Program-made: the position numbers and the translations under genes
Assembly: GCF_009914755.1 (NCBI RefSeq)
Contig: NC_060929.1
DNA: 64,000 nt
DNA from: the human T2T-CHM13v2.0 reference genome, Homo sapiens
Strand: one strand, 5' to 3'
Part shown: positions 18,269 to 32,288 of the stretch, piece by piece
Layout: each line of letters begins with the position of its first letter
Position numbering within the stretch: position 1 is the first letter of the stretch
The notes under the pieces: model-generated
Told to the model about the DNA's origin: nothing
The model's database searches: none
What the model saw: the letters and a program-made list of their open reading frames with translations, nothing else

Positions 18269-18351
18269 TGCAACATACTTTGTGATTTGACAAAGTGCAA
18301 CATTTCATAACTTGTGGGATGCAGCTAAAGCAATATTTAGAAGCAAATTTA

Positions 18352-18784
18352 GGCTGGGGGAGGTGACTCATGCCTGTAATCCCAGCATTTTGGTAGACCA
18401 AGGCAGGAGGATCACTTGAGCTCAGCAGTTCAAGACCAGCCTAGGCAACATAACAAAGACACTATCTCCACAAAAAATCCAAAAATTAGTTGGACTTGGT
18501 GGCATACACCTACAGTACTAGTTACTCAAGAGGCTGAGGTGGGAGGATTGCTTGAGCCCAGGAGTTCAAGACCAGCCTGGGCAACACGGCAAGACCCTTT
18601 CACCACAAAAAAACCAAAAAATTAGTCAGGCATGGTGGCATGCACCTTTAGTCCCAGCTACTCAGGAGGCTGTGGTAGGAGGACCACTTGAGTCTGGGAA
18701 GCTGAGGCGGCAGTGAGCCAAGATCGCACCATTTCACTTCAACATGAGTGACAGAGCAAGACCCTGTCCCTAAAAAAAAAAAAA
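18352..18784 (+). mobile_element. AluJ-type trimer (three monomers)
   Basis: Left arm, a chimeric middle monomer and a right arm, separated by two A-rich linkers. Confidence 0.75.
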
Positions 18785-18945
18785 GAAGCAAATTTATATT
18801 TCTAATTACAATACAAAATCAGAAAGATTAAAAATCAATGATCTAAGTTTCCATCTCAGAATGCTAGGAAAAAAAAAACAGCAAATTGAACTCAAAGTAC
18901 AAGTAATAAAATAATAAAGATACAAGAAGAATTTAATAAAACAGA

Positions 18946-19047
18946 CTAACATGTTTTGCATTTATAGTATATTATTAACTTATTTAGCTACCTGGTATTA
19001 TTTTCTGAAGCTTGTATCTTATTTTAGTATCACAAAGCCTCTATGAA
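18946..19047 (+). repeat. ~100-bp interspersed duplication (partner 20855-20966)
   Basis: Shared tattattaacttatttagc..tggtattattttctgaag..tcttattttagtatcacaaag.ctctatgaa. Confidence 0.85.
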
Positions 19048-20274
19048 ACAAAACTACAATAGAGAAAAATCAACAGAACTAAAAGCTCATGTCTATTTCA
19101 AATAGGTTGTCATGAAGACTTAATAAAATCATAAAGCACTTATCACTGGGCCTAGCACATTTATTTATTCAACATCCATTATATGCCAGAAGCTGCTCTA
19201 AGTATTGAAGTCCCTGAATATTCTAGGACCTAAATTTTAACAAACAAGGAATTGGTGGGAGGGAGTTTAAGGGGAATGACAGGAAAAAAAGGAGAAGGGA
19301 GGGAAGTAAAGAGGGAGAGAGCAAGGCAGAGAAGGAAGAAAGCAGGGAGGAACAAAAACATAAAGAAAGATCAGATAAGTAGTACAGAAACAATTAAAAT
19401 AAGGAATGCAATAAAGTAAGACTGGGTGATCACAAAAGACCTCCACGGATAAGTGATCTGAGGTCTCGAAGTACAAGGAGACAACCAAAGAAATCATACA
19501 AGATAACAGAGCAAGAACAAGCTTGGCTATAAAGAATCCAAAAGAAGATCTATGAAGGGCCTCTAAAGGTAGGCTGAAGCAGGTTACATTCCTTACCGGT
19601 CCATAACAGATACACAATAAACATTAGTTGAAAAAACAAATGAAAGCAGGCTATATACTAAACTTGTTTCTTAGAAAGACACAGAAGAACCCTTTCACTG
19701 TAAAGTCTCAAAAGGATCCATGATCCCAATAAAAGTTAAAAACCAAGCATATATCTTCCATGTCTTCATATCATTCATATGCGTATTAAAAGCCATGATG
19801 TCATACAGACATCACAGGACATCTTCATGATCTTTATCAATGCCCTCAGCTACTTGGCCTCTTGGTAGGCAGCAGGAAGTATGTTTTACCTTTGCTCAGG
19901 AGATTAGGAATGTCTTCTAGAATGTGACTATTCAGTAGTATATTTGTTAATGTTTCCTTTTATTGCTTCTGAGACTCCCCCAATCTTAATCTTCTATACA
20001 AAGTGGCATTTTTGGTTTACAGTGTTTTTAAACAGTGAAAAGGAACTTTTTGCCTGTTACAAATTTTATGCATCACCATATATAAACTAAACTATGTCAG
20101 TGGCTCTATGAGATTTCCTGTAAAACTTTTTTCCTACAAATAGATAAATTCACACAGGTATGCAAAAACTTATGTTGAAATATTGTTTTTATGTGATGAA
20201 AAGTGAAATCAATCAAATGCCCCTCCAAAAGGGGACTAATTAATTATGAGGAACTATTACACAGTGGTTTAAAA

Positions 20275-20606
20275 CAGGGGTCCTCAACCCCCAGGCCACA
20301 GAACATTACCCATCTGTGGCTTGTTAGAAACCAGGATGCCACACAGCAGGCAAGTGGCAGATGAGGAGTATTACTGCCTGAGCTCCGCCTCCTGTCAGAT
20401 CAGTAGCGGCATTAGATTATCAGAGGAGTGCAAACCCTCTTGTAAACTGTGCATGCGAGGGATCTAGGCTGCACGCTCCTTATGAGAATCTAATGCCTGA
20501 TCTGAGGTGGAATAGTCTCATCCCCAAGCCAACCCCCACCCCCTTCCATGGAAAAACTGTCTTCCATGAAACAGGTCCCTGGGTACTGCTGGTTTGGCGA
20601 TTGCTG
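20275..20606 (+). mobile_element. MER1B hAT-Charlie MITE
   Basis: cagggg...gctg ends; perfect 8-bp TSD GTTTAAAA. Confidence 0.88.
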
Positions 20607-21223
20607 GTTTAAAAGATTAAAATGGTATCATATGTTGATATGGAAAGACATATCAACATATGGAAAGATCTTTTAAAATATACCAGGTGGAAAGCAAGAT
20701 ACATAGAGAATAGTATATATATGATCGTTTAATTTTTTTAAAAAATTTCTGAAAGGATACATAAGAACTTGTTCTTTGTAGTTACAGATGAATGGGAGGT
20801 ATGAGATATGGGATTGGAAGTTATATCCTTTCCACATCATTGACTAACTCACCGCTAACATGTCGTGTTTATAACATATTATTAACTTATTTAGCCACGT
20901 GGTAGTGGTATTATTTTCTGAAGTTTATAACACTGTCTTATTTTAGTATCACAAAGTCTCTATGAAGCGTGTGTAGCTATTATTGTTCCCATTTAATAGA
21001 TGAGTAAACCAAGTCTCAGAATATATAAAGGTAACATAAGATTACATAGCATGTGAGAAATTCTAAAATCACATGCCTTTTATGTATATCATCATAAAAC
21101 CAGGGATGGCAAAGCAAGGAATTAAATTTCAATCTTGTTTTGAAATTCAACGTTCTTCCTATTCACCATACTACGCTGTCAATTTCTGCTATAAAGCTGA
21201 CTATATTAAGAATATATTTCAAT

Positions 21224-21713
21224 GGCCGGGCACTGTGACTCATGCCTGCAATCCCAAGACTTTGGGATGCGGAGGCAGGAGGATCGCTTCAGCCCAGGAG
21301 TTCAAGAACAGCCTGGGCAACATAGGGAGACCTAATCTCTACAAAAGAAAAATATATATTTTTTAACATATTATATAAAATTTATATATATTATATATTA
21401 AGTCCTATATATGTATATATAGGTGTGTATATATATATATAGGACTTAAATATATATAGGACTTAAATATATATATATATGACTTAAATATATATATATG
21501 ACTTAAATATATATATATGACTTAAATATATATATATATATATATATATATTAGCCAGGCATGGTGGTGTACACCTGTGGGCCCAGCTACTCAGGAGGCT
21601 GAAGTGGGAGGATCAGACCAGGAGGTTGAGGCTGCAGTGAGCCAAGATCGTGCCACTGCACTCCAGCCTGGGCGACAGGGTGAGACTCTGTCTCAAAAAA
21701 AAAAAAAAAAAAA
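21224..21713 (+). mobile_element. AluJ with TA-rich VNTR expanded in the middle linker (~21350-21550)
   Basis: Left and right arms separated by gacttaaa(ta)n repeats. Confidence 0.85.
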
Positions 21714-22775
21714 GAATATATTTCAAGAACTATAAAGTAATACCTTATAAAAGGTATAAAATCCATAACCTGGAGTGTCATCCCCCTCCCTACTTAATCT
21801 ATAATCACAAGAAGAACTTTTCTTTTAAACTCAAAATTTTCATGAAAAGAAAACTGATCACTAGAATCATAGTAAACACTGATTCTAATTATTCTCAATG
21901 GTAGTCTAAAACATCTGTGATACACTTCTGTATAAGTCAAAATAAATTTTATTTTCACTGACATTACTTTGACTGTATTTGGTTAACATTATCTCATGTA
22001 GATTCATCAGCTCAAAATTAATTAGTATTACAGAATAGTGTATTCCGTCCAAACAATTCATCTTTGTTGGCTCACATGGCTCACTGCTATTGGCATGCCA
22101 CAGTAATAATAGGCATGGTGCCACAGTAACAGATGGGCATACACACAAACATGCCAAAGAATCCGTTTGTGCATCAAGTTTGAGTATTAGTATTAGATTT
22201 TTCTCCAAGAAATTCATAAACTATAGTAGACGAAATATAAGTTTTCTACAACTGTGTTAATAAGATATGCCAACTCAAAGCTAGATTAATTTTTAAATTC
22301 TTTAAAAAAACAACAACAACAACTTTCCAAGGCCACAGAAGGCAAGTTTTCCATCTGATGAGTTTGGATCAGCATTCTGTAAAGGGAATTCAGGAAACCA
22401 ATATGCAATGTCTGCCTTTGTCCCTGATGCACTTGGAAATCTCAATAAAAAAATTAGTTTTTAAAAAGTCACAGGGCAGTATTGTAGATGAAACAGTTCT
22501 AGACATCTGTAGCACAACAATGTGAATATAGTTAACACTACTGAATTGTACACTCAAAAATGGTTAAGATAGTAAATTTAACGTTATGTGTTTTTTACCA
22601 CAATTTTTTTAAAGTCACATGGTCCCACCAAGTTTCCTGATGAAGGCTATGTAGAACCAGAAACAGAAAAAAAGTCCTACAAATTTGTACTTGACAGGAA
22701 TAGAATCTAAAAGTGCAAATCACTTAAGTTTTATGTGATTATTTTAAAGTATGCTATCACTTAAAAACAATTCTC

Positions 22776-23079
<304 letters not shown>

Positions 23080-24143
23080 CAGTTCTCATCTATAGTTAAT
23101 TATCCCATTATAATTTATTTTTAAAAGACTGACTAACTTATTTCCATGTGTAGTTTTACATTTTTGAAACATAAACATATCCTATTGACCAAACTATATT
23201 GAAACTTTTTTTATAGTTTTGCTACATGAATGAAAAACCGTTTTACAATACTAAGAATGCTAAGAAAAAAATCATCTGCAGTCACTATCATCCAAAATTA
23301 TTTAAGTAATATACAAAGTATCAAAATAGATGGGACTCTGTGTGTATGTAGGAATAGGAGAGAGGAGAAAATAGGGATTTATTTAATGGGTGCAGAGTTT
23401 CAGTGGTGCATATAAAAAGAGTTCTGGAGAGGGATGGTGGTAACGATTGCCTAACAATATGACTATATTTAATGCCACTGAACTGCACACTTAACAATGG
23501 TTAAGTTGCTTGATACCTTGTCAAATAGGGGAAAAAATGGTTAGGATGATAAAGTTATTCAGGTGTATTTTACCATAATTAAAAATAAAAGAGAAACTAC
23601 TCTAAAAGAAAAAAAAGCTCGTTAGACTCCATGTCTCCCTGCAATAACCATCCTTCGTCCTCTACCTGAAAGCCAAAGTTCTTCGGAGAAGTGATCTTCT
23701 TTTACTCACTTCTCACCCATCCACCAATGGACTGCCATCGATTTCCACACTCAACATCCCTTGACACTGCTGTCACCACCACCAAGGTCACCAACAACTG
23801 CCTTATCACCAAACTGCCTTACCATTTTGCTTGATTCCACACCAGCAGCTGGCACTGCTGACCATTTAGCCCCTCCTCTTTTTATTTCTGTTAAAGCAAA
23901 ACATACATAAGCCTGCCTTCTTTTAGGAAAAATGAGAAATAGGCTGCTTCTTCAAGAACAGCTTCAAAGCCATAGGATACAAAAGAAGACTGAAAATTGA
24001 AAAAAAAAAAAGTTTAAAACAAATACACTTTTTACTCCTTTGTACTATAATCATTGTTCCCAAATCCTTGATAATCACACAGAAGAATCAGGGCTTATTA
24101 ATTTCATTTATTTTTATGTGGTGCACATTAAAGGTACTTTGTA

Positions 24144-24188
24144 TTAAGCTGGTGCAAAAGTAACTGCAGTTTTTGCCATTAAAAGTAA
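24144..24188. mobile_element. MADE1 (Hsmar1 MITE) half-element
   Basis: TA followed by ttaagctggtgcaaaagtaactgcagtttttgccatta matches one mariner TIR; the second arm is missing. Confidence 0.7.
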
Positions 24189-24350
24189 ACATATTTAGTT
24201 GTTTCAAACACTTGTGAAATATAATTCAGAAAAACTGAAGTTTGATGAAAATTTGAAAATTAAAAACATAAAGCAATGGTTAATATTAAAATTAACAATA
24301 ATTCTAAAATTATAATAGCTTAAAAAGTACATCATATTAAAAATAAAACA

Positions 24351-24640
24351 GGCCAGGCATGGTGGCTCATGCCTGTACTCCTAGCACTTTGGGAGGCCAA
24401 GGCAGGAGGACGGCTTGAGCCCAGGAGTTCAAGACCAGCGTGGACAACATAGTAAGACTTGTCTCTACCAAAAAAAAAAAAAAAAAAATAGCTAGGCATG
24501 GTGATACATGTCTGCAGTCCCAGCTACTCAGGAGGCTGAGGCAGAAGGATCACTAGAGCCCAGGAGTAAGCCATGATAGGGCCACTGCACCCCAGCCTGG
24601 GGCACAGAAAGAGATTGTGTCTCTTAAAACCAAAAAAGAA
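24351..24640 (+). mobile_element. AluJ
   Basis: Diverged dimeric Alu. Confidence 0.85.
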
Positions 24641-24689
24641 AAATGAAAACAAAACTTTAAATGACTTTAATGGTGTTATAATGGTAATC

Positions 24690-24930
24690 ATAATTACTAT
24701 GTTTATTATGTACCAGGCACTATTTACATATGTTAAATCTTTTAATCCTCACAACTAGTCAATGAGTGTAGGTACATTATCATCCTCATCCCCATTTTAC
24801 ACATAAGAAAACCAAGGGCAGAGAGTTGTAAAATAATCTGTCCAAGTACCATTTATTAACTCTGTGCCACATTTTGACACCCAGGAATAGTTCCAGAGTG
24901 GGTGTGTCTAACCGTCATACCACACTGTCT
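24690..24930 (-). mobile_element. MIR
   Basis: tttaatcctcacaac..cccattttac..gaaaccaagg core. Confidence 0.7.
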
Positions 24931-25684
24931 CAACAAACCACACAATAAACCATTTATCGGCTGTCTTCCTCCTACGGAAGTAGGAATTAAGTTTCGCCCT
25001 TTTCTTATACCTTAAACACAATTCAAAAACTTGTACAATCAACTTTCATGGTTTCCCCAAACTGAATTCTCCCTTCTTAGTTTTGTAAGTAAGTTCCAAT
25101 TCTCCTACTCTCTTCAATGTAGACTTTACTAAGATTCCTCACTGGCCTTCTCTTCACATGCCGCACACACACTTTCCACTCAATGGCTCCAACTACAATG
25201 TCATCAATTAATGACTCCCAAATCTACATCACCAGCCCAGGTAGCTGTCCTGAATACCTTATCTATCTATCTAACTGCTCAACGAATGCCTAACTATCAA
25301 TTCAAATTCAGCAGATCCAAAACGGACCTCAACACTTACCCTCCTCACTCCAAACTTACTCTATCCATCTGTGTTTCCAGTATCACAGAATTCTAGCATC
25401 ATTCACATACTTGTCCAATCCAAAAACACTGGTGTAGCCAAGGTGATCTTTTAAAAAATAAATCATTTTATGTTGCTCCTATACTTTAGCACTCCTTACT
25501 GTGCAAACCTTCATGATAAAATCCTAATTTCTGAGCATGGTATGCAAAACTCTTCATAATACAGACTGATTACCTCCTAACCATCTTTCACCAGTCAGTC
25601 CCTCATTTCCTCCTAACTATGTGCTCTCGCCACACTGAATTGTTTCCTGTTCCCTATGTAAGCCATAAATCCTTGCCTCTAAAC

Positions 25685-25868
25685 CAGCAGTATCCAATAG
25701 AATGTTCTGTGATAATAGAAATAATCACTTATCTGCATTATCCATTATAGTAACTGCTAGCTACATCACATACATGAAATGTGACTAGAGTGGTGGAGAA
25801 ATTAAATTTAATTAAATTAAATTTAAATAGCTACATTTGGCTAGTTGCTACTATATTGAACATTACAG
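25685..25868 (+). mobile_element. MER3-like hAT MITE
   Basis: Perfect 8-bp TSD CTCTAAAC; tccaataga.. start and AT-rich core. Confidence 0.8.
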
Positions 25869-26439
25869 CTCTAAACCCAGGTATACGCTATTCTGTCTGC
25901 CTGGTATACACAGGTATGTGTGGAAAGTCCTCATCAGTGCTACTATCTAACATCATTAGTATTCATTCTTTTGCAAGGTTATTCTATTTATGTAGGTAGT
26001 AATTAATAAGGTCCATTCTACATAAGATACTATTTAAATCCTCTAGTGGAGCTAGCTACATAACCTCATTTGTATACCTTAGTTGTTTACTTTCCTAATA
26101 GCTAATAGATAGTAATTTAACTACAATTTGTCCTAAAAGGACTATCATTTTAAGAAATGAGCAGGCTCCATGCATTGGTAAATGAAACAAGCAAATTATA
26201 ATGTCATATTATAAAAGCATATAGCTTTGCTCTAAAAACACATGATATACACATACATACATATAAATATATATGCAAAAGAAAAAAGGCTAAAAGATAT
26301 ATACTACATTAACCGATTTCTTCTGGATATTGAAATTAGGGTTGTTATTTTTCAGCTAACCTGTATCTGTAAGTTTTCTAGAAGAAAAAGGGGATATCAG
26401 CAATTCTCCAGCAATTTTCCTTCTCTCTAATGCATCATC

Positions 26440-27770
26440 TATTTTCTCTCCTCTACATCAGTTGGTTCCATCAGCAAACAAGATAATACAGTTTCTCCTA
26501 CCTTAAGGAAAAATTCCTTGACATAACATTCCTCTCCAAGTGCTGCTCCATTTCTCTGCTCTTCTATACTTAAAAATATACTAATGGCCAGGCGCGGTGG
26601 CCCACGCCTGTAAATCCCAGCATTTTGGGAGGCCGAGGTGGGCAGATCATGAGGTCAGGAGATGGAGACCATCCCGGCTAACACGGTGAAACCCCGTCTC
26701 AACTAAAAATACAAAACAAATTAGCTGGGCGTGGTGGAGGGCGCCTGTAGTCCCAGCTACTCGGGGCTGAGGCAGGAGAATGGCGTGAACCCGGGAGGCG
26801 GAGCTTGCAGTGAGTCGAGATCGCGCCACTGCACTCCAGCCTGGGCGACAGAGCAAGACTCTGTCTCAAAAAAAAAAAAAAAATACTAACCACAATTCTT
26901 CTTCTTCCTTCTCTCTTGAGCCCACTCATGAGGCTTTCAGCCCCACCAGTGCACCTAAACTGCTTGTCAAGGTCACCAAAGTCCACCCAGTGACAAATCC
27001 AAAACTCCCTTCTCAGTAATCATCTTACTTGACCTATTTGTATTATTTGACACAATTACTCCAGGAATGTCCCAGGACTGACTGACTCTGACCTTTTTCT
27101 ACACTCACTTCCTCAGTGTCTCATCCAATCCCATGATACCTGATGACTCCCAAATTTATACTTCTAGCCTGACTCCTCCTCTAAGCTCCACACTCTGATA
27201 TCCAACTGCCTATTTAGTATCTCCACATGGATGCCTAATCGCATCTCAAACTTAACATGCACAAGCTCTTGGTCCCTTTCCCCCTTTAAAAAAAAAATTC
27301 CTCTTTGCACAATATTCTTCATTTTAGTTGACAGCTATTCCAAACTTCGAGCTGTGTAGGCAAAAAACTTTGTATCCACCCTTGATATCTTTTCTCCCAC
27401 ACACATATCACATCCAAACTATCAGCAAATCTCATTGGCTCTACCTTTCAAATATATCCATAACTCACCCACTTCTCTCCACTACCACCAATCGGATCAC
27501 CTTCTCTTGCCTGAATTACTGTAATAGTCTCCTTGCTGGTCCTTGCCTCAAATCTGCAGTCCACTCCTAGTTCAAGAGGCAAAATGTCCCTTTAAAGGGT
27601 AAACAATCATTTCACCCCTCTGCTCAAAACTCTCCAAATGGCATCCCTTCTCACTCAGAGTAAAATCAAAGACCTTAACAATGACTTTACAAGGCCCTAC
27701 ACAATCAGGTCTCCGCCTTCCACTCTGCCCCTTATCTCTCTGCCCTCATATTTTACTAATTAATTTCCCC
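26440..27770 (+). mobile_element. L2 remnant interrupted by AluY
   Basis: aaggtcacc..gatgactcccaaattta..tccaactgcct..atctcaaacttaacatg L2 motifs. Confidence 0.7.
26586..26883 (+). mobile_element. AluY
   Basis: gagaatggcgtgaacccgggaggcggagcttgc; high CpG retention. Confidence 0.9.
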
Positions 27771-27885
27771 CACATCCTTCTTGACCACATTCTCAACCTA
27801 GGCTTTAAAAACTTGCAGAAAACCCATTCCAAGAATAAAGTTGGGTGATGCCTAGCTCTGCCAACCTATGATTTTGGAACCACCC

Positions 27886-28280
27886 TACTATGGTTTCAAT
27901 GTGTCCTCTCCAAAATTCAGATGTTCAAACTTAATGGCCAATATGATAGCATTAAGAGGTGGGGCCTTTAAGATTTAGTCATGAGGGCTCCTCCCTTCAT
28001 GAATGAGATTAAGGCCCTTGCAAAAGAGGCTTCACAGTCTTCCATTCTCTTGCCCTTCCACCTTCTGCCCAGTAAGGACACAGCATTACTCCCCTCCAGA
28101 GGATGTGGCAACAACGGACCATCTTAGAAGCAAAGAGCAGCCCTCACCAGGAAACTAAACCTGCCTGTGACTCAATCTTGGACTTCCTGGCCTCCAAAAA
28201 TGTGAGAAATAAAATTATATTCTTTAGAAATTACCCAGTCTCAGGTTTTTTGTTATAGCAGCATAAAACAAACTGAGACA
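27886..28280 (+). mobile_element. MST (MSTC-like) MaLR solo LTR
   Basis: tatggtttcaatgtgtcc..ggtggggcctttaag..ttacccagtctcagg..actgagaca. Confidence 0.78.
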
Positions 28281-31200
28281 GGGCCTTATTCATTCTTCTC
28301 TCATTTGTCCAGCTACCATGCCAACTCACTCAGCTGAATTAAAGACAGTGGACTTCTAATTAGGCTGTTTCCTATCAGCAATATAAATAATCAGTCCATC
28401 AATAAACAGATATTGGCTATAAACTGTTCACTTTTGTAGATCTATTAAGTCTTTCCAGCTGATAGGCTAAATAAGCCTTCTCTAAATACACGAACCAACG
28501 TTATTCATAATAATATGAAATAGAGGAAAATCATTTCCTTCTTGATTATTCTACTTTAAGCTCTTCATTTTAAATTTTGAATTTGGACTGCAGGCAATTT
28601 GTTTTTGTCAGTAGTTCATTTATATACACAAGTGCAATACTGTCAAATTATTTCACTGTAATACATTTGTCATTCTATGAGCATTTATAACTTTTCATGC
28701 AGCAAAAAAGAACATTTCAACCAACCATCTGTCTGCCTTTTTCATGTGCTTTAATCATTCAGCTCTGGTAATGTTGCTCCAAATACTAAATTTTTTTTAA
28801 ATAACATAAAATCTCACATCTTATGATTTAATGGTAAGGCTTGAAATTTAATTTTCAGATTTTTCTCCTCAAATTTTACCAGATCAGTGATTTTAAAAAT
28901 AACATATCCTACTGTCAAGAAAGAATATTTTCTTGAATATTTATTAAGACAAAATGTAGAAGTCAGAACCAACTCTCCTTCAAGGAGATATGCAAGCAAA
29001 GCAAAATAAGATAAAAGGTTTTATAATCTGTTGGAAAGTAACACTCTGTTTACAGGCAGTATTTCATCAAATTTCTATTCAATGTAGTAAAATCTTATTT
29101 AATTTGAAATATATTTCAAGAATTAAATCATAAATGGAACCCTACTGCACCACTGAAATGACAATCCTTAATTTGAATAGTTGGCCCTTTGTAAAACTTA
29201 CGATCTTATTTTTATGAAGACAAAAACAACTAGTTCAGCTGCTAGGAATGCACTGCAGATGCTAGTATACAGTTTCTTCTTTTATTTTTAGTCACCTTGG
29301 AACAAATGCTGAAATTTAGTGAAAAATCAATAAAATACTAAAATTTCCTAATAACTTAATGTACCCCTTGTAAAAAAAAAAAAAAAAAGTAGGATCCAGT
29401 TTACATATGTAGCAAGCAAATATGTTAACAGCTCTAGTACCAGATCTAATGACCATAAATTTCAATTAGCTAAACATAATAAACATGACAGATCAGTTAT
29501 CAAACCTGGAATTATTAGAACGCAAGAGATTTAAATCTTCATAACTAAAGATGATCAGATGTATAACAGTATGCTAACAAAATCATGTCTGAAGCATATT
29601 TTCATAGCAGCAACCCTGAACTCCTGAGCACAAGAGAAAGGAATTCACAATGAGGAAGGAGCCCGTGCCTCTTCATGTCATGCTTATGACTCAGGGCACC
29701 AACACTTCAACGTCTCAAACTAAAATGTCCTTAACATTTCAAAATTCCAGCATTTCCATTTTCTTCAGTAAATCACTGTTTACACAAACAAAGGCTTATA
29801 ACAAATAATTTTCAATAGGTATGTCACACTGAAAAGTTGAATTACACAATTTAACACTAATTGTATACTTGAATTACTGACGGTTAGTTCACATTAGCCT
29901 AATCTCTCCAAATAAAGTCTGAGTTTCTTAAAAACAAGATAAAGACCTTATAATTGTTATGCATTTTTATGGTGAAAACACAGAGGAATGAACCATACAT
30001 ATGGAATAATCCAAGACTGGGAGGTAAAGATGCCTTTGAAGACTGGGATAAAGACTAAAAATCCTGATTGTAAAGTTCATTCCATACCTACATGACAATT
30101 CCGAGTCAGTTAATCCTAACCACAGCAAAGACCCAAGTGAACTACACAAAATTAGCTTCAGGGTGATGCTGTACTACAATACAATGGAGATACCAGATGA
30201 GGGTTTCCTTCTGTATAGGGTCCACAGAATCAGTCATGCTTCATTTTTTAACAACATTGGCTAATGAGAGAGCAAATGTTAATGGAATCTAAATCACTGA
30301 ATTGAGTAAAAGGATCTGAAAATATTTTATTAAGCAAAATTATGAGCCAAACACTTTGCTAGGCACCTTCACACAAATCATAGTCTTTAATATGAGCAGA
30401 ATGTGTGAACGATTTATCTATATAAATATTTAAGAAATATTCACTGAGCAACTACATAAACTGAAAATACACAATGAGATAAAGTTTAAATGAGAAATAC
30501 TAGGATAAGCAAAAAGAAAGTAGAGCAAGCTCTAAACAACTAGACCATGAAAAAATGTTAAATGAAAAAAAAAAAACACCCAAAAATATGGTACAGACAC
30601 TAGATAAAATTAAGTATTAATAAAAAATGGACTTAAACACAAACAAGTTTAGAACCCTATAGTGAGACACAATGACTCTTTGAGGTATGTCAAATATAAT
30701 GCGTTACTATTAATAAAATTGTATTTTTAAGAAAGTATATTCAATAACATCCCTCTAAGTAAATGAATCTCACTCAGCTGCATTTCTATATGCCTTTCAG
30801 AAAGATACAAAAAGTAGTGGAGATAAAGTCAGAGTTGCTATAATTGCGTACAAACCACAGACACATGTAATCTTCCTACTGGACTCTCCTGAGAATCACT
30901 GATATTAAAGGTTAAGAATGAATGTAATAGAATTTTCATGTTTGATATTGTAAAGTTGACAATGAATAAGATTTAAGTTAAAAAATAAGTCAGGCTTTAT
31001 TGATGCAATCCAAATACACTGGGTTGTATTACTGACTACAGGAAAGCATGCAGTACTTTGCTTGGATCTAAATTAGCTCTTTGAATCTAAACAAATGAAA
31101 AGCCCACCCCGATTTAAACAGAGTAAAAATGCTACCTTTCAACGTGTGCAGGAGGTACTGCATTGCTAAGTTACTGGCTGCTAAAGTCACCTTTCAGTTG

Positions 31201-31861
31201 TTAAACCCAAGGGCCTCTTTTCAGCCTTCATTCTATTTGCCCTTACTCTACAACTCCTGACATAGCTGAACATTTCCTTCTTTTAATTTTCCTGTTAGCA
31301 TCTTCTTTTTTAAACCTTCCTGTGTTTTCCCACCCTTCTGAGCTCAGTCTCTTTTTCTAGTTCTTCCATTCATACTTTATATCCTGGTGTCCCCTGGGTT
31401 TTGTCCAAACTGCCTTCTCGTCTAACAAGAAAAGTCTTCCCTGGGTGATTTCATCCATTCCCATACTTTACTACCTACTATTCATAATTGTGATGTCTAA
31501 ATATCCATCTCATTTGAACATGCTTTTTCTTTTGCAAATCTTCTGGTTTCTACATACTCTGCCTAAAGAATCCATCTTTCCTCCCCCTGGCAAAAACCTC
31601 AGGCTTTAAGATCTAAAGTGTCACTACCTCAGTGAAGTCTTCACCAACTTTCCCAAATAGGGTTAGTTAATATCCTAGTTTAGAAATCACTTTGAAGTAC
31701 ACCATCTCATGAGATCCTCACAAAAGAGGCAAGTATTATCACATCCCGTCTAGAAATGAGGAAACTGAGGTTTGAAGAGATCAGCAACTTGAACAAGGAA
31801 GCACTACTACAAATGGAAAACATCAACTTAAATCCAGGTCTTCTGACTCTGGGCCCAGTGT

Positions 31862-32009
31862 TTTTTGTTTTTTCTTCCCATTTTCATTTATAGAGACAAG
31901 GTCTCACTATGTTGCCCAGGCTGGTCTGGAACTCCTGGGTTCAAGCAATCCTCCTGCCTGGGCCTCCCAAAATGCTAAGATTACAGGCAAGGGGCCACCA
32001 TTCCGAGCC
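31862..32009 (-). mobile_element. FLAM / Alu left monomer
   Basis: Single Alu monomer. Confidence 0.7.
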
Positions 32010-32288
32010 TCAGTCTTCCTTCTAATACACCAAGATGCTCTCAAAGGAAAAGAGATTTACAAATTTAGTAGCTTTACTATTGTAATTAAGAAAAATTAAT
32101 TAGTCTTGTCTGTTTCTAGAAATTAATTCCTAATTAAATGTTTAATCCAGTAACAGAATTATTAAAATTATTTTTAATTATAGGCACACATACCCAAATT
32201 GGTTAAAAGAATTTTTTTTTAAATGAAGAAAAACAACTTAGAAAAAAACAGAAAATAAAAGTTGAGAATATTTTAAAAAGAAGGAAGG

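Noticed and set aside
21430-21540. Regularly spaced gacttaaa repeats resembling a CRISPR-like array
   Set aside because: Spacers are (TA)n, not unique; this is a eukaryotic VNTR.
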